A DNA stretch of 63,754 bases, filler included, from Polymyxa betae A26-41 (taxonomy: Eukaryota; Protista; Endomyxa: Phytomyxea): the NCBI GenBank assembly GCA_003693705.1. It is 8 parts of 8 records of this genome, joined end to end, with 100 filler letters (N's around TTAATTAATTAA, not from the genome) between each part and the next. Parts side by side here need not be neighbours in the genome. Positions count along the whole stretch, not along the records: positions 35,629 to 38,515 come from RBZT01000024.1; positions 38,616 to 47,834 come from RBZT01000229.1; positions 47,935 to 56,322 come from RBZT01000629.1; 5 more parts are not named here. The stretch is one strand, 5' to 3'. The notes under the pieces are model-generated. The model was not told the origin of the DNA and did no database searches. It saw only the letters and a list, made by a program, of their open reading frames with translations. Shown here piece after piece: positions 36,436 to 48,853 of the stretch (within the stretch, counting starts at the first letter, position 1; each line of letters opens with the position of its first letter). Both the position numbers and the translations under genes were made by a program.

Positions 36436-37841
36436 TGGAAGGTTCCGGCGTAATGCGTGCGGAGTCCGTGACATGACAATATACCAATTTCTATTTCCCC
36501 ATCTGTGTCAGTCTGCCTCCGAGTATAGAGCACGCGATTTTCTGTAAATGTGATCCGGACGAGTTCCTCTGTTTTAATTTGTTTTATTGCAATAAACATT
36601 GCTCGTGATTATTTCGGCCAGATTTTTTCAGTCAAAATGGAGTGCTACGAAATGCAGGTTGACGTTTGTCACAATTTCAATGGGATGACAATGTGCTGGC
36701 CCTGTGTTAGGGTTAGGGTTTGCTGGTGTTATTGCAGCACTCTTAATGGCAGAGCTCGACGACCTCTGCCACATAAATGGCGCTGCTCTTGGTCGCCACG
36801 ACCAAGACGATCTGTTTATCGAGACTACAGCGGACCCCTCAGATGATCAAAGGCAACGGATAATTCGAAACCCTAACACAGTTGCTGCTTTGTTGTATCC
36901 CCAAATATTACACCGGATCTGGAAATGAATTTTGTTTCCAACAAATGAAGGCGAATGCTCTGTCCTGGTCAGAATTGTATTAGTTGTCGGACCTTTTAGC
37001 CAAGGTGAATGATTTTGATTCGAGCAACGCACCCGGTTTTGGTCGCGCTGAAATCCGATTGTTGTCCGAATCATTCTGGCCCTATTCAGGAGGGGGTTGT
37101 CATGGTGCATTTACTATTGAACTGTCCTGTTTTCAATCTTCTCGATATCTATCGTATATAAATGGCTTTCTACAATGGCGGGCTGTGATGGTTTTGTTCA
37201 GGTGAAGCTGTAAGTTGTTTCATTGCTTTTTAATTGAAATGGAGACCGAATGAGCTCACAAAAGTGTCGTGGTCTAATCCGATAAAATCTTCAATTTAGA
37301 CAAAATGGGCTGGAATTTGCCAGTTGATGATGGCGGCTGCGCCTGCCAGGATTTCGTCTTCAATTTGCAAACTGCCATCTGGATATTCCTGGCGCATTGA
37401 CAATGACTTTCACCGTTTTACGCTTCGCCATTGCTGTATTATTAGCTCAGCTCCTAAGTATTTGACTGGATTTTATTCTGTTGGCACCAAGTTTTCCATG
37501 ATCGCAATCTGTGCCGTGAGAGCATCAATCACTTCGGATTGATGCTCTGCGATATCCCAGCCGGCTGTATAATGAACGAAGAGCTACCAGAGAAGAGCAC
37601 TACGAATGGACTTCTGCGGGATTCCGTTTCGTTGCTGTCGTACACGAGCTGTGTATCGTTTCAGTAAACATTCTATCTAGTAGCCAATGGTATGTGAGTT
37701 GGGGCGGTATTCCGAATGCCATCATATTAGTGCAAGCATGCCGTCAATGGAGACCGCGGGTCAGTACAGCCCGGACTTCACGGACAAAACGATTTCCTGT
37801 CATCTCGACCGAAATCAAGGCGTGGAGGGAGACGTCCTACC

Positions 37842-38361
37842 ATGATCGTGTTCGTATTGATTATCGCGGTTGTGATCTTCACGAACGCCGCCGCATTGCA
37901 ATCTGCTGTAACGAGCTCCCCATCACCATCCAGCTCGCTCTCTATCGGCTCTCGTCAGCCGCATCACTCCCTCCTGCATCCCATCTCTATCCTCTCCTTC
38001 TCCAGGCGTTCTTTCCAATCGATCAATCTTCAACGACTTCATTTCTGTAACATCAAGACCAGCAACACACCATCTCCTATTCAATCGATATCAAATAGCG
38101 ATGCGATACATCCCGATGCCTTCAAAAAAAAAGCGCAAAAATCCCTGGCTGGATCGTCGTTTGAACATGCCGAAGGTCAGTACGACGGCGAGGAGGGTGC
38201 GGTTCAGGCGCTGATTTGTGTTCAGCAGAGCCTGAATGGACGGACGGAGAGATCACCCGTGAATTCGTTCTGCAGATGTTGGAATGGGCCCGAGCTGGTC
38301 ATCAGATCCCATTCGAACTCGCTGAAAAGATTGTTCAGGAGGCGGCCGCAGTCCTCGCAAA
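37842..38361 (+). CDS. Signal-peptide-bearing PP5-like phosphatase, 5' exons only
   Basis: MIVFVLIIAVVIFTNAAA signal peptide and a Ser-rich linker. After the 50-nt intron 38176-38225 it reads AEPEWTDGEITREFVLQMLEWARAGHQIPFELAEKIVQEAAAVLA, which resembles the start of the PP5 catalytic domain. Catalytic motifs lie beyond the contig end. Confidence 0.72.
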
Positions 38362-38515
38362 GTTTGGATATCGTTGGATATTGCATTCCTTTTTATAAAT
38401 ATTTCATCGCTTTGTTCTCTGTGAAGCTGTTTTCGCAGATTTCTTTCTAGCAGAGTTCGGAGTTGATTAATTTTTTTATTTATAAAAAAATTATCTCTTT
38501 GTTTTCTGCGAGGCT

Positions 38516-38615
38516 NNNNNNNNNNNNNNNNNNNNNNNNNNNNNNNNNNNNNNNNNNNNTTAATTAATTAANNNNNNNNNNNNNNNNNNNNNNNNNNNNN
38601 NNNNNNNNNNNNNNN
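38516..38615. other. Artificial assembly linker
   Basis: N-run with TTAATTAATTAA. Confidence 0.99.
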
Positions 38616-39810
38616 GTCATCGAACGAGTCAGGCAAGAGCGATGCTGTCCCGCCATTCATCAAACCAGTGTGCCGCCAACAATTTGCAATGGTGCGGGCG
38701 TCAATGCATTCCAAGCAGCACTGCACCTGGCATTGCCTTTAGAATATCTACTTTGTAGAGATCCTTCTCCCCAGCATCATCGCGATCTAAGGCATGAGCC
38801 AAATGGAACGACCGGTTGCGCTTCTTGAATGCAGCAATAATGCCGGCAACCAACGGCTGTATGCACGAGGTTGTATTTTACGTTCAAGAGTTTAAGATTC
38901 TTCACCATGTGAGTAGGTGCATTATCCAAAACAAGAAGGACGTTTCGCTGTTGCCGCTTCATTCGAGAATCGAACTCCTGCAAACATTCTTGAAAGAGTA
39001 ACGAGAACATCCAAGCTTTTTTGTTGTGGCGGTAATAGAATCCAAGCTGCTCTCCGGATTTTTTGTTTAAAGCTCTAGGTTTTGCGGCTTGACCGATAAT
39101 CAGACGTTCTAATTTTTCCGTACCGTCCGCGTTGACACACAGAGCAATACTGATACTGGTTTTGTCCTTCTTCATACCCTCAAGCTGTCTGGTCGTAATT
39201 GTTCGGTCAGGCGTTAGACAGTAGATGAGTCCAGTCTCATCCATGTCGAAGACGTCCTGAGGATGGTATTGTTTGATTGCGTTCTGAAGATCAGGAAAAG
39301 CTGTTTCGATAGCTGCTGTGTCGGCAGAAGCGCTTTCACCGGAAAGAACGATGGTCTTGAGACCATAACGGGCGAAGAATTCCTCAAGCCAACCATCGGA
39401 GGAGTTAGGGCGCTGGTCCTCTGACAACTTCAACAGATCCGCAAATTCGTGAGCCTTCCTCTGGATCAGTTGCCAAGTTAAGATAACTCGGTTTTCTTGG
39501 CGAATGAAGAATCCATTCAACTAAGATGCTGTCGATTTTCATGGGATTTCACGCAACGTTTTCGCTTGATATTGCGAGTTTTATCTTCCAAAGCGTCTGA
39601 GATGGCACGTTTGTTGTTGACGATGTTAGATATCGTCGCCTGACAAGGTGCCTTCTGGAGATTGAATTTCTTTTTTGCCCAATCTGCTAGGTCTTTCTGG
39701 CTCCTTTTGCTCTGCTTGCTTTTCGTCCAGATCTGGTGGACCTGCTCATTTGTTAAATTCCCGCCAAGGTGCTTCCTGATGCTTCTTCCAAATTTGGGAT
39801 CGTTGTTCAT
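38616..39810 (-). mobile_element. pogo/Tigger (CENP-B HTH + DDE_1) transposase, frameshifted
   Basis: QKDLADWAKKKF...QATISNI, SDGWLEEF, SGESASAD, DMDETGL, NKKAWM, LVLDNAPTH. Confidence 0.93.
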
Positions 39811-40309
39811 GGGATAATTTGGATTTGGACTTGCAGATGACATCCTCATTAACGACAACGATAAGATTTTCATCGACGAACTATCGGACGATAGCTCCGA
39901 ATACGATTTATCCGACGATAACTCCGAATCAGTCGGCAATTTCCAATCAGATTCTGGCTGCTGTTGATTGGAAAGCATGCACTTCCCAGACTTCGAGCAC
40001 CAAATGCGTTGGGGAAATCCTTCTTCATCGGCTGCGTATGGTTCAACACAGAACGGATGGTCGGGTATATCACAAGCTGGACAGCTGAAAACCTGTTATC
40101 CTGACTATTTTTGGCAAAGCAAGTCCATTAACCGATGATTTTCGCTAGCGTTGTCTGAACAAACAGCACAGCGTTCCATAACTGCCGACGAGAGCTCTGT
40201 TAATGTATCAAGCACGGGTGACACAGCGCAGCGATTGCGAGAGAGGAGAGGGACTCATATTCTTCCAATTGCTGGCAGCGTTGACCCGGGTTAAGATCCG
40301 CCCGCAGTT

Positions 40310-43300
40310 TGTGACGAATTCTGCTCAAAATAAAGATGATCTTTATATATCCAAATCCACGAATCAGAATTCAAAGCATACTAAGAGCTGATTGATTCAC
40401 CACCAGTTATTCGAGCCACTGAAACATTACTGAGTGGCCAGGTCGTCACACCGTCTTCCTTCGAGACAAGTTTTGGAAAAACTTGTGTTGGGGATTAATG
40501 ATGAATGTTGGATTCTGGTAGAACATTGACCCAAACGAAAGGAGCAATTGGGTGGTTCGGCGAGTTGCCCAGGAAATCGAGTATCGCCTGCGGATTTTCA
40601 ATTTTAACACTGAAATCAGGACACCATGAATTCTCGGTGTCTTCAAATCCCTTCCATTTAATTTGGTATTCAAGGTCTGTATTCGTCGAATGTAAACGAA
40701 CATCACAAATATTTTCGATATGTCGCGGAGCGCTATCAAAATGCGAACTGAGTGATAATTTCCTCAGTGACGTTTAAATGTTTGTCCGAATAAAGTTGAA
40801 GTCGGTCACCATGGACCTGATTTATTTCATGTGTGAGTAAATTCTCAACGGAAAAAATATAATATGGATGAAGGTCGACGACCCTGTAAGGACCGTGCCA
40901 AGTTAGAGCCGATTTATGAATTGCTTGTTTTTCTGGAACGGCGCGTAAGACGTAATCACCTACACCGAAATTAGGAATAGTCCAATTGCAAGAATAATAT
41001 TTCCGTTGCTTAGAGCGCTGTTTTTCCGTAATGTGGAAGACATTTTTATGCATAAGCGCAAGGCTCTGCTGGAGTTTTGCAACAGTTTCAGAGATTTGCT
41101 GAGTTGTTAGTTGGACCGGGCTAATGGTCAAGACTTTCGGATTGAAAAATTTGCGTCCAATAGATTATCGGCGGGTAATCCCGTCATGACAGTAATTGGA
41201 GCTCTATCTCCTAAACGTTTTTGTGGCCGGTGATTGATTGTATGCTCAACGAGTTTTATAAGCCATGGCCAATCATTCATTTCCCAACGTAATTCCGAAA
41301 TAAGAGCTCGTAATAAATTGAATTTTTTTCGGTTTATAATTTCAATACTTCCATTGCCATAATGTGCGTAAGCAGTCACAAAGTGCTACTCAATTCGTAA
41401 CCGTTTTGAAAGATTTCATAGTCTCAGACATGAAATAAGCGGCTGGGTCTGATACAAATATATCGGGCCTTCCAAAAAGGGCTTTCCATTCAAGCAGTGT
41501 CTCCACGGTAATTTGCGTGTTCGAAGTGATAACAGGCTTAAGTAAGACCATGCCTGAAAAATCGTCTCTGGTAACAAATAGCCACTGATAATTAATGGAC
41601 TTTTCAAGTTTTGAGCAAATATATAAAAAATCAAAATGTAAAACTAGTTTCGGTCTAGTACCATGACAGGCCTCTCCGAACGGGCGCGGGATTCGATGTC
41701 TCTTTCGAGTCGGCAAACAATGCAGACAGGAAGAACAAATTAGTTTGATGTCCTCTGTCATTCCTACCCAATAAACCCATTCATTTCAAAGTTGCAATGC
41801 TGTCTTGTAACCCAAATGGCCACTTCGAGCGCCTGCATGTGCAATAATGCAAAGTCGAAGTGTAAGGCCTCGACATTGTCTAGGTATTAACACCCGACCA
41901 TTAGAGTCAATCAATAAACCCTCCGAATTCCTCCGCAAATTGCTATTGGGAAAGTATAACTTTTGCTCTCTAGCAATCTCAGAGGTGTCTGGCCAGACAA
42001 TATTTAGAAGCGCCTGTACTCTAAAGTTTAAATCTGGGTCTGAAATGGTAGGATTAATCATTAATATGTTCGTCATAATGAACTATCGACCGTCTCAATG
42101 AGCGAATATGTGGAACGGGGTCTTTGTCATAATACTCTGCTCCCCAGCGTGAAATCAAATCTGCCCAATGATTAAGCTCACCTGGGATATGATGGATTAG
42201 GTAATTGAAATCACGTAATTCTATTCCCCAGCGAATAAGACGCTCCGCTGATTGCTTGGAGCATTTCACCGGATTATACATGGACAATAAATTTCGATAA
42301 TCTGTAAATAAGTGGAATGGTTTTAACATACGTAATAAGTAGTCAAGCTCTTTTACAGTATCTTTAAAGGCGAAAGCCTCTTTGTCAATTGTGGTCCAAT
42401 TCAGCTCCGACCTTATTGAAACGGTGACCTACGAATCGTAAGGGTTCGAGGTGCTGCTCATGAAATGATTTCTTAAGATCCTCCATGGGTATTTGTGTAA
42501 CAATACCGGAACTGCAAGCATAGCTTGCGTCACAAAACACGCATTAAATCATGTCATCATTGGGATAAAGTAATCTGACCGAACTAATAATAGCTGATTT
42601 CAGGGGGAGAAAAGCCTGGTCATGAAAACAGCTCCATCCGTAGGCCGCTAAGCTAACGCGATTTGCGACCGTTTTCGTTTTTTTGGCTGATCCTTCATAG
42701 CCTTTTCAAAGATATCCTGTAATGGAATAACAGTATTGTTGTAATTGGGGATTGAACGGCTCATCCATTGAGAAGCCATCAACAATAGTTGCAATTCCCT
42801 AGCTTTTTTTGGAACAGGAATGTCCGTCAGTGCGTGAATTCGGGATGGATCATGAGAGACCACTTTTTGGATAAATATTCTTCCACAAAATTTAAATTCT
42901 CGTAGAAAGAAGAAACATTTTTCAATATTTAATTTTAAATTAAATTTCCGAGCGAGTTCCAATGTGCGGCTGAGAATCAAGAACCAAGATTCTTCAGAGG
43001 ACGCATGACCTAATAGATCATCTATCCAAATGATTAAAGATATAAATAAAAGCTCTTGGAATATTTCAGACAATCCGAGCCTGGAATTGGGTGGCCGAAT
43101 TAGAAGCTCCTTGAATGGATCGCGTCGGCGTAAACACGCCTCGATCCGTCATAAAAGAAAAAATCTCACGACAGCTTGGGTCCAAAGGCATAATCCAAAA
43201 GCCTTTGAATGCGTCAAGTATAAACCAATACCTGAATTTACCTAGATAGTTAACTATCGACTCAAGAAAAGGCATAGGCCAGGCTGTGGGTTCGCATTGA

Positions 43301-43540
43301 GCATTAACTGCTCTCAGGTCTACAACCATGCGAAAACCTTTCGATTTCTTAACAACTTGAACGGGACTAGCCCATTCGGCATTGTAGTTCTCATAAATGA
43401 GGCCATACTGATTTAACGTTGTTGTGAAATCGTGAAGAAATTCACTTTGTTCCACCGTATAAGAACGGGCTTTGCACCGAACAGGTTTGGCATCTGGTTT
43501 GGAGCCATGTCGAACATCGGGGCTCCAAGGAGCCGAATGG
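40310..43540 (-). mobile_element. Chromodomain-bearing Ty3/Gypsy pol (RT, RNase H, integrase, chromodomain) with candidate 3' LTR 40310-40450
   Basis: WASPV, RMVVDLRAVN, LDAFKGFW, WIDD, WADLISR, CLHC, LHFDF, WHGPY, YQIKWKGFEDTENSW. PPT GAAGGAAGACGG then TGTGACG...CGTCACA. Many frameshifts. Confidence 0.93.
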
Positions 43541-45558
43541 GTGATAGAATCAATGAGCGGTAACCCAGTTCGTATATACGAGACCCTTCGCATGAGTACG
43601 CCCATTTTTAACAAGCTCAAGCGTGAGCTCGTGATATCGGGAGGTTTGCAGAGTACACGCAATATGGATGTCGATGAGATGATTGCAATTTTTCTCTTTA
43701 TTGTGTCCAACAGCTCTAAAAATAGGGATGCTCAAAAACGTTTCCAAAGGAGCGGAGATACTATCAGTAGGAATGTCAATTTCTGGATATCTATATGGCC
43801 AGTAAATTCCCATATTGATTAATATAGGCAACAGGGTACTCCATCGGGTTACTGATGCGATTTGTTCACTTTCAGAAAATTATATCAGATTGCCTAGGCA
43901 AGACGAATTATCGCCAGTTATTCGAGATAACCCTAAATTCTTTCCTTTTTTAAAGACTGCCGGATGGCCCTGGATGGGACTCACATTCCAGCGTTTGTTC
44001 CATCCAGTCAAGCACAGCCTTATAGGAATAAGAAGGGATTCTTGAGCCAGAACGTCCTGGCTGCTTGCTCTTTTGATTTATTGTTCACCTATGTGCAGGC
44101 TGGATGGGAAGAATCTGCCGCAGATAACACTATTCTCTCCGACGCCTACACGAAAGGACTTACAGTTCCTGAAGGAAAATACCACCTGGGCGATGCAGGG
44201 TTTGGCTTGATAACGAAGCTACTTACTCCCTATCGAGGCGTACGATATTACTTAAGGGAATGGAAGCAAGGCAAATCAAGTAGGTTACCGAGCGGCGGGC
44301 AGCGTTCTGACTCACACTCCCAAACAACTGATTGTATATAAACCGCAAGATTATAAAGAGCTATTCAATCTTCGACATTAGCAAGCAGCGAATGCCATAG
44401 AGCGTATTTTTGGCATTCTTAAAAAGAGATTTCCAATTGTCGTGCAAGCACCCGAATTTTCGCTGCAGATGCAGTCCAAATTGGTAATTGCATGCTGCGT
44501 CCTGCATAATTTCGTAAGGATTTCCGGAGGTATTGGCGATTACTTCGAAGACCTGGTATCACACGTACAGATTCAATAATGATCAATTTACCTCTATCAA
44601 TAGACTTAAACCGACAATCTTGAAACTGATACAGCCGTCGGCGAATCCTCCAGCCGTTTTAATGAACCTACACAAGCGAAAGATTTCAGAGACAGGATTG
44701 CAAAGGAGATGTGGCTGCGATACGAAGCTGCGCTGTCAAAACGTTAGTTCATTGTAGGATACTGAATGTAAATTTAGATGTAGCTGATATCAGCTCGATC
44801 TCACTGTAAAGCCAGAAAGCCAGAAGCATCAGCGATGCGGCTAGCGATTCGCTCTCAAAGTCTGCGGGGTGAGATTCTGACCTGAGAAATAGGCTTCATG
44901 TTAGGGTCGCTCGTCCTCAACGTGTGATGGAATAGCCAAGCACGATTGCTCGATCGCCGGTGATCGATTTTATGTAAGTAAAAATATAAGATTCAAATAG
45001 CGCTGATGTCAGCCCCGATCTCACTCATCAGCCACAACTTCCGACAACGATTGGCCGGCATCGCGACGAACACTGCTGCCTTCGCCTTATCGGTCATCAG
45101 GCTGTATGCCTTCACAGTCTGCATATCTGTTAAACAATCGCTATACTGCTGGGTCACGATTTGGATAGCTCTCTCGTGAACGGTAGAAGCCACCGCTGTT
45201 GAAAGATAATTAATCACGTTACAGATTCGGCTGGCTCCCTATGGCCTGTCACGGGCAGCTGGTTTCAAAGTCTGTGGAGAAGGCGATGGAATTTCCCGAC
45301 ACTGCTGTTGGTGGGAGACTTTCGCCTTTTTCGAAATCGATGCTGTGAGATGGGCATCCACCTTAACAGCGGCGTGAATATCGGCTGCAGGTGTTACCGG
45401 AGAATTTTTCTGGGCAAGGCATATCCGTTTTGCCGGCGTTCGTGCTTGACAAAGCGATCCCGAACTCTCGTCATCGTCGCCAGACTCTGACAATTGGGCT
45501 CCATTGTTAAAGGCACTATCAATAATGTCATCAATTTCCTCTCGCGATCGCCCATCAT
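43541..45558. mobile_element. PIF/Harbinger remnant: transposase (+, about 43541-44750) and convergent accessory ORF C-terminus (-, about 44993-45558)
   Basis: RFQRSGDTISR, ALDGTHI, RNKKGFLSQNVLAAC, GDAGF, PYRGVRY, ELFNLRH...IERIFGILKKRF, CCVLHNF. The minus-strand AAVFVAM...RKLWL end is typical of the Harbinger second ORF. Confidence 0.92.
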
Positions 45559-45890
45559 TTGAAACCGGTGGAGATGCAAGAAGTAGAATCTGTTATAATT
45601 TCTCAGGCTACTGATAAGTTGATCGAAAGCCTAAATAATATGCATAAGGACATATATCATATCACTGAACTTGAAGGATCGCGTCATAGAAAACAATCAT
45701 CTCGCAAGCGATTTTTTCCAAATTTTGGAATTGGTGATTGTCTTGGTTGCTGTTCCAGAAAAAGAGAGACTCAACAAACTATCATTAACATGGCATGGAC
45801 CATTTTCAGTAGTTGATATTCATAAAGGCTATGTTTTCTCAGTTGAAAACCTACTCACTAATGAGATTCAAAAGGCACATGGTGATCGTA
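45559..45890 (+). mobile_element. Gypsy integrase C-terminal fragment related to 40736-41131
   Basis: PNFGIGD...AVPEK...TWHGPFSVVD...FSVENLLTNEIQKAHGDR. Confidence 0.9.
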
Positions 45891-47330
45891 CAGTATTTCC
45901 TTTTATTAAAACCCTGAGATTCTATCTCAGGGTTGAGGATATTAAGGAATTCCAGGGTCCAGGATCTTATCTAAAGTACGAAATCGGGTTTCAGAGTCTT
46001 AACGTGAGGAATGTATCAGCAGTTTATAAAATCGTTGCAGACGTCATTTCTTGCAAATTCTTAATCGTTCCGCAGGAAGGGCATTGTACGCACCAGTGGT
46101 GATGGGTTCCCCGAACGGATCTTCTCCTAATGACTCACCAGAAAATACGTAGGAAATAAGGACTATGACTGATCCTACGGCCACAGGTGCGCCATGAAGC
46201 GTGTTGCGGTAAGCGCAAACAGTACCTTTCAGGACTGGCTTCGATGTGGTATTGTTAAATTCCACAAGCATTCCTTCCTCAAAATCTTGGCTGTCAAGCC
46301 TATTTGGCTCAGAAGCTTGATCATGCTTAATCTCATCCAACTCGTCGTTTGCTTCCGTATCGTAATCAGCGTCGGACAAAACGCTTACTCACTGTCAAAA
46401 TCGGAAATGGTCCCATCGTCATCCGAATCGAAATTGACAACAAGCTTGATGTTCACTTCCCCAAACTTGTAATCATTGACCCCTTGGATGTTAACTTTGG
46501 ACGGATCCGAGCCAACTGTTCCCAGTAAACATTCAGTTTTCTCAAAATATCGATAAATGTAAGTTTGCTGGCTGAACTCCTCCCAGGCCTCCCCTACCCA
46601 CTTGGCTGTAAGAATACGTCGCTCGCTGGCAGTGAAGTTCGCATCCGTCCATTTTGATGCAAAGCCAGCGTCTTCATCAAGCTGGTCATCCAACTTTCAC
46701 AAAATCAAATACTTCATCATTTTTCCGGCGCCGGCATCAACTGTTTTCAATTGGTATCAACAAACATACAGACATTCAACACCACGACACAGTACCCGGC
46801 TGCAAGAGATCAGTGACGTTAGGTGGAAATATACTAATTTTCCAATAGGCATCATCTCTTGCTTGAAGTCTTGAGCAAGGTGCGCTTCAAGATTATCGCA
46901 AAACAGGATTCGGTTTGGATCGTTTTCAGCGAAACCTGGGTCAAGCCGCATTGCATGCACGATCGAGACTGCTGTTTTGTTATCAGCCCAGGCGCATTTT
47001 TGAAAATGTACTAGGACCCGTTTGTCCTACAAGAAATTCAGTTGACCAGCTGCGTTTCGATTGTGAATTTCGAGGTCTGACCCATTTCTGGGTCTCAGAC
47101 GATTGCATGATGTTGGTCCCCTTTCCTCTAAAAATAACGTGGGGCATCGGCTGCACTTTGAGATTTGCTCCGATGCATTGGAAAAGAGGGGCCTGGAGTT
47201 TCTCTAGTCCTGATTTCTGCTGGCGTACCCAAACCCGTTCGGCACCAGTATCGTCAACTGTACGTTTGTCGCCAGCATTGACAAACGGGAGAGTAACCTA
47301 GGTCGAACAACGTTAGACCGAAATTGTCAC
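45891..47330 (-). mobile_element. pogo-like DDE transposase remnant with its terminus at TA|CAGT
   Basis: VIFRGKG, ILFCDNLEAH, TASERRILTAKWVGEAW. The Gypsy frame ends exactly at TA (45889-45890) followed by CAGTA. Confidence 0.78.
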
Positions 47331-47514
47331 AGTTCAGTCTAACCTCGTCGAAATTAAATATTGAAGAGACCGATTTCTGGTTTGCCTTCCAGGACTCTAT
47401 CTGCTGATGAAACTGAAAAAGTACAGGTTTCACAAGCTTTACGTCGAGTTTTTTGCGGTTGTTCCACCGCCTAATTGAAAATTTTGTCTTGCTAAGAACC
47501 GATGATAATACCAG

Positions 47515-47760
47515 CCACGAGAGATTCGGATGTGTTGGACATGATCCGGGTTAACAACCGAAGACTGCTTACGAATTTGTTTTGCCTGCAAAACAACCCA
47601 ACAGGTGCTACAACGTCCGCGATTGCACCATTCATCTGCTCTTCTCAAGCCGATTCCAACGATATATAGCATGTCACAATTCGTGCTACATCGACTTCAA
47701 TCCCAAACTAGTCGTCGCAAGCCGATTTTCCGACGTCCCGAACGCCACGGATATGCGAGA
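47515..47760 (+). mobile_element. Retroviral-type integrase N-terminal remnant
   Basis: H...GH...CFAC...LKPIPT...YIDF across frameshifts. Homologous to 48115-48366 (-). Confidence 0.45.
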
Positions 47761-47834
47761 TTTGGGCCTCGTCGGAGGCGGACCCACGGATTCCGGCCGA
47801 CCTTTGACCATGTTCACGTTCGAGTTGGCAGCCG

Positions 47835-47934
47835 NNNNNNNNNNNNNNNNNNNNNNNNNNNNNNNNNNNNNNNNNNNNTTAATTAATTAANNNNNNNNNN
47901 NNNNNNNNNNNNNNNNNNNNNNNNNNNNNNNNNN
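47835..47934. other. Artificial assembly linker
   Basis: N-run with TTAATTAATTAA. Confidence 0.99.
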
Positions 47935-48114
47935 TAGCTCAATCTACATCGGATCTCTAATGCGCAACCCGCACTTTTCTTGCATGGGTACGCGCCACTG
48001 TATGCCGCCATCGTCATGGATACCCTCCACTGGCACACAGCCTACACATACGCAATTAAATCTCCGTTAATATACTCACTCCTTTCTAATCATATAACGA
48101 GCTCAGCTCGGTCT

Positions 48115-48366
48115 CTAATAGACGATCGGGTCTCTGAAAATCGGCTTGATACGACTAGTTTTGGATTGAAGTCGATGTTGATCAAATGGTGACATGTTAT
48201 ATATTGTTGAAATCAACGTGAGATATGGAAATGAATGGTGTAATCGGCGACGTTGTGGAATGGTTAAACAAGCGATACATTTTGAACAAATCCAGCTGTT
48301 GTTTTTTGTATGAAAATCTACATGATTGTTTGCAAATATGTGGCTATACTTCACATAGTGATACAA
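48115..48366 (-). mobile_element. Second copy of the integrase-like remnant
   Basis: CIAC...RLHHS...TIYNMS.F..HRLQS.TSR.KPIFR is shared with 47605-47740. Confidence 0.45.
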
Positions 48367-48379
48367 TAGGCAGCCACTG

Positions 48380-48700
48380 CAGCTGTTCTCGCTAATTGAA
48401 TCAACTTCCTCACTTTGGGATCATTCTTCTTCTGTGTGGCTCCGGATGAAGTGTAGCTCTATTTCGTTGCCTCTGGCTATCTCTACTAAATACAGCAACG
48501 TATTTCACGACAGCATTCGTATAATGATATTTGTAGGGGAGTATAGCGAGCTGATGTATGCATGAGACGGAATCAGAGAAGAGGTGGATCTGCCGCCCAG
48601 AATAATTTAAAGAAATAACAGATTCTAGTCCGGCTTGTATGGCCAGGCATTCTTGAACGAGAACTAACGGTTGGAAGAAATCATGGGCCAATGACACTGC
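48380..48700 (-). mobile_element. RNase H fragment of a LINE related to 6611-11478
   Basis: AIQAGL...RQIHLFSDSVSCIHQLAILPYKYHYTNAVVK versus AIQAGL...RQIHLFTDSLSCIQQLATLPFKYKYTNVVVK. Confidence 0.9.
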
Positions 48701-48780
48701 CTGCAAAATATCATCATTGACAATCAGCAAAGACATCAGCCTCTGTCCGAGACCAAAATTTGCATGTCTCGCAAAAAGAA

Positions 48781-48853
48781 TGCCACCAGCGTGGATCGAA
48801 CACGCGACCTTACGATCTTCAGTCGTACGCTCTCCCAACTGAGCTATGTCGGC
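48781..48853 (-). tRNA. trnF-GAA: tRNA-Phe (GAA)
   Basis: GCCGACA TA GCTC AGTTGGGA GAGC G TACGA CTGAAGA TCGTA AGGTC GCGTG TTCGATC CACGC TGGTGGC A. T5 terminator just downstream. One acceptor-stem mismatch. Confidence 0.93.
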
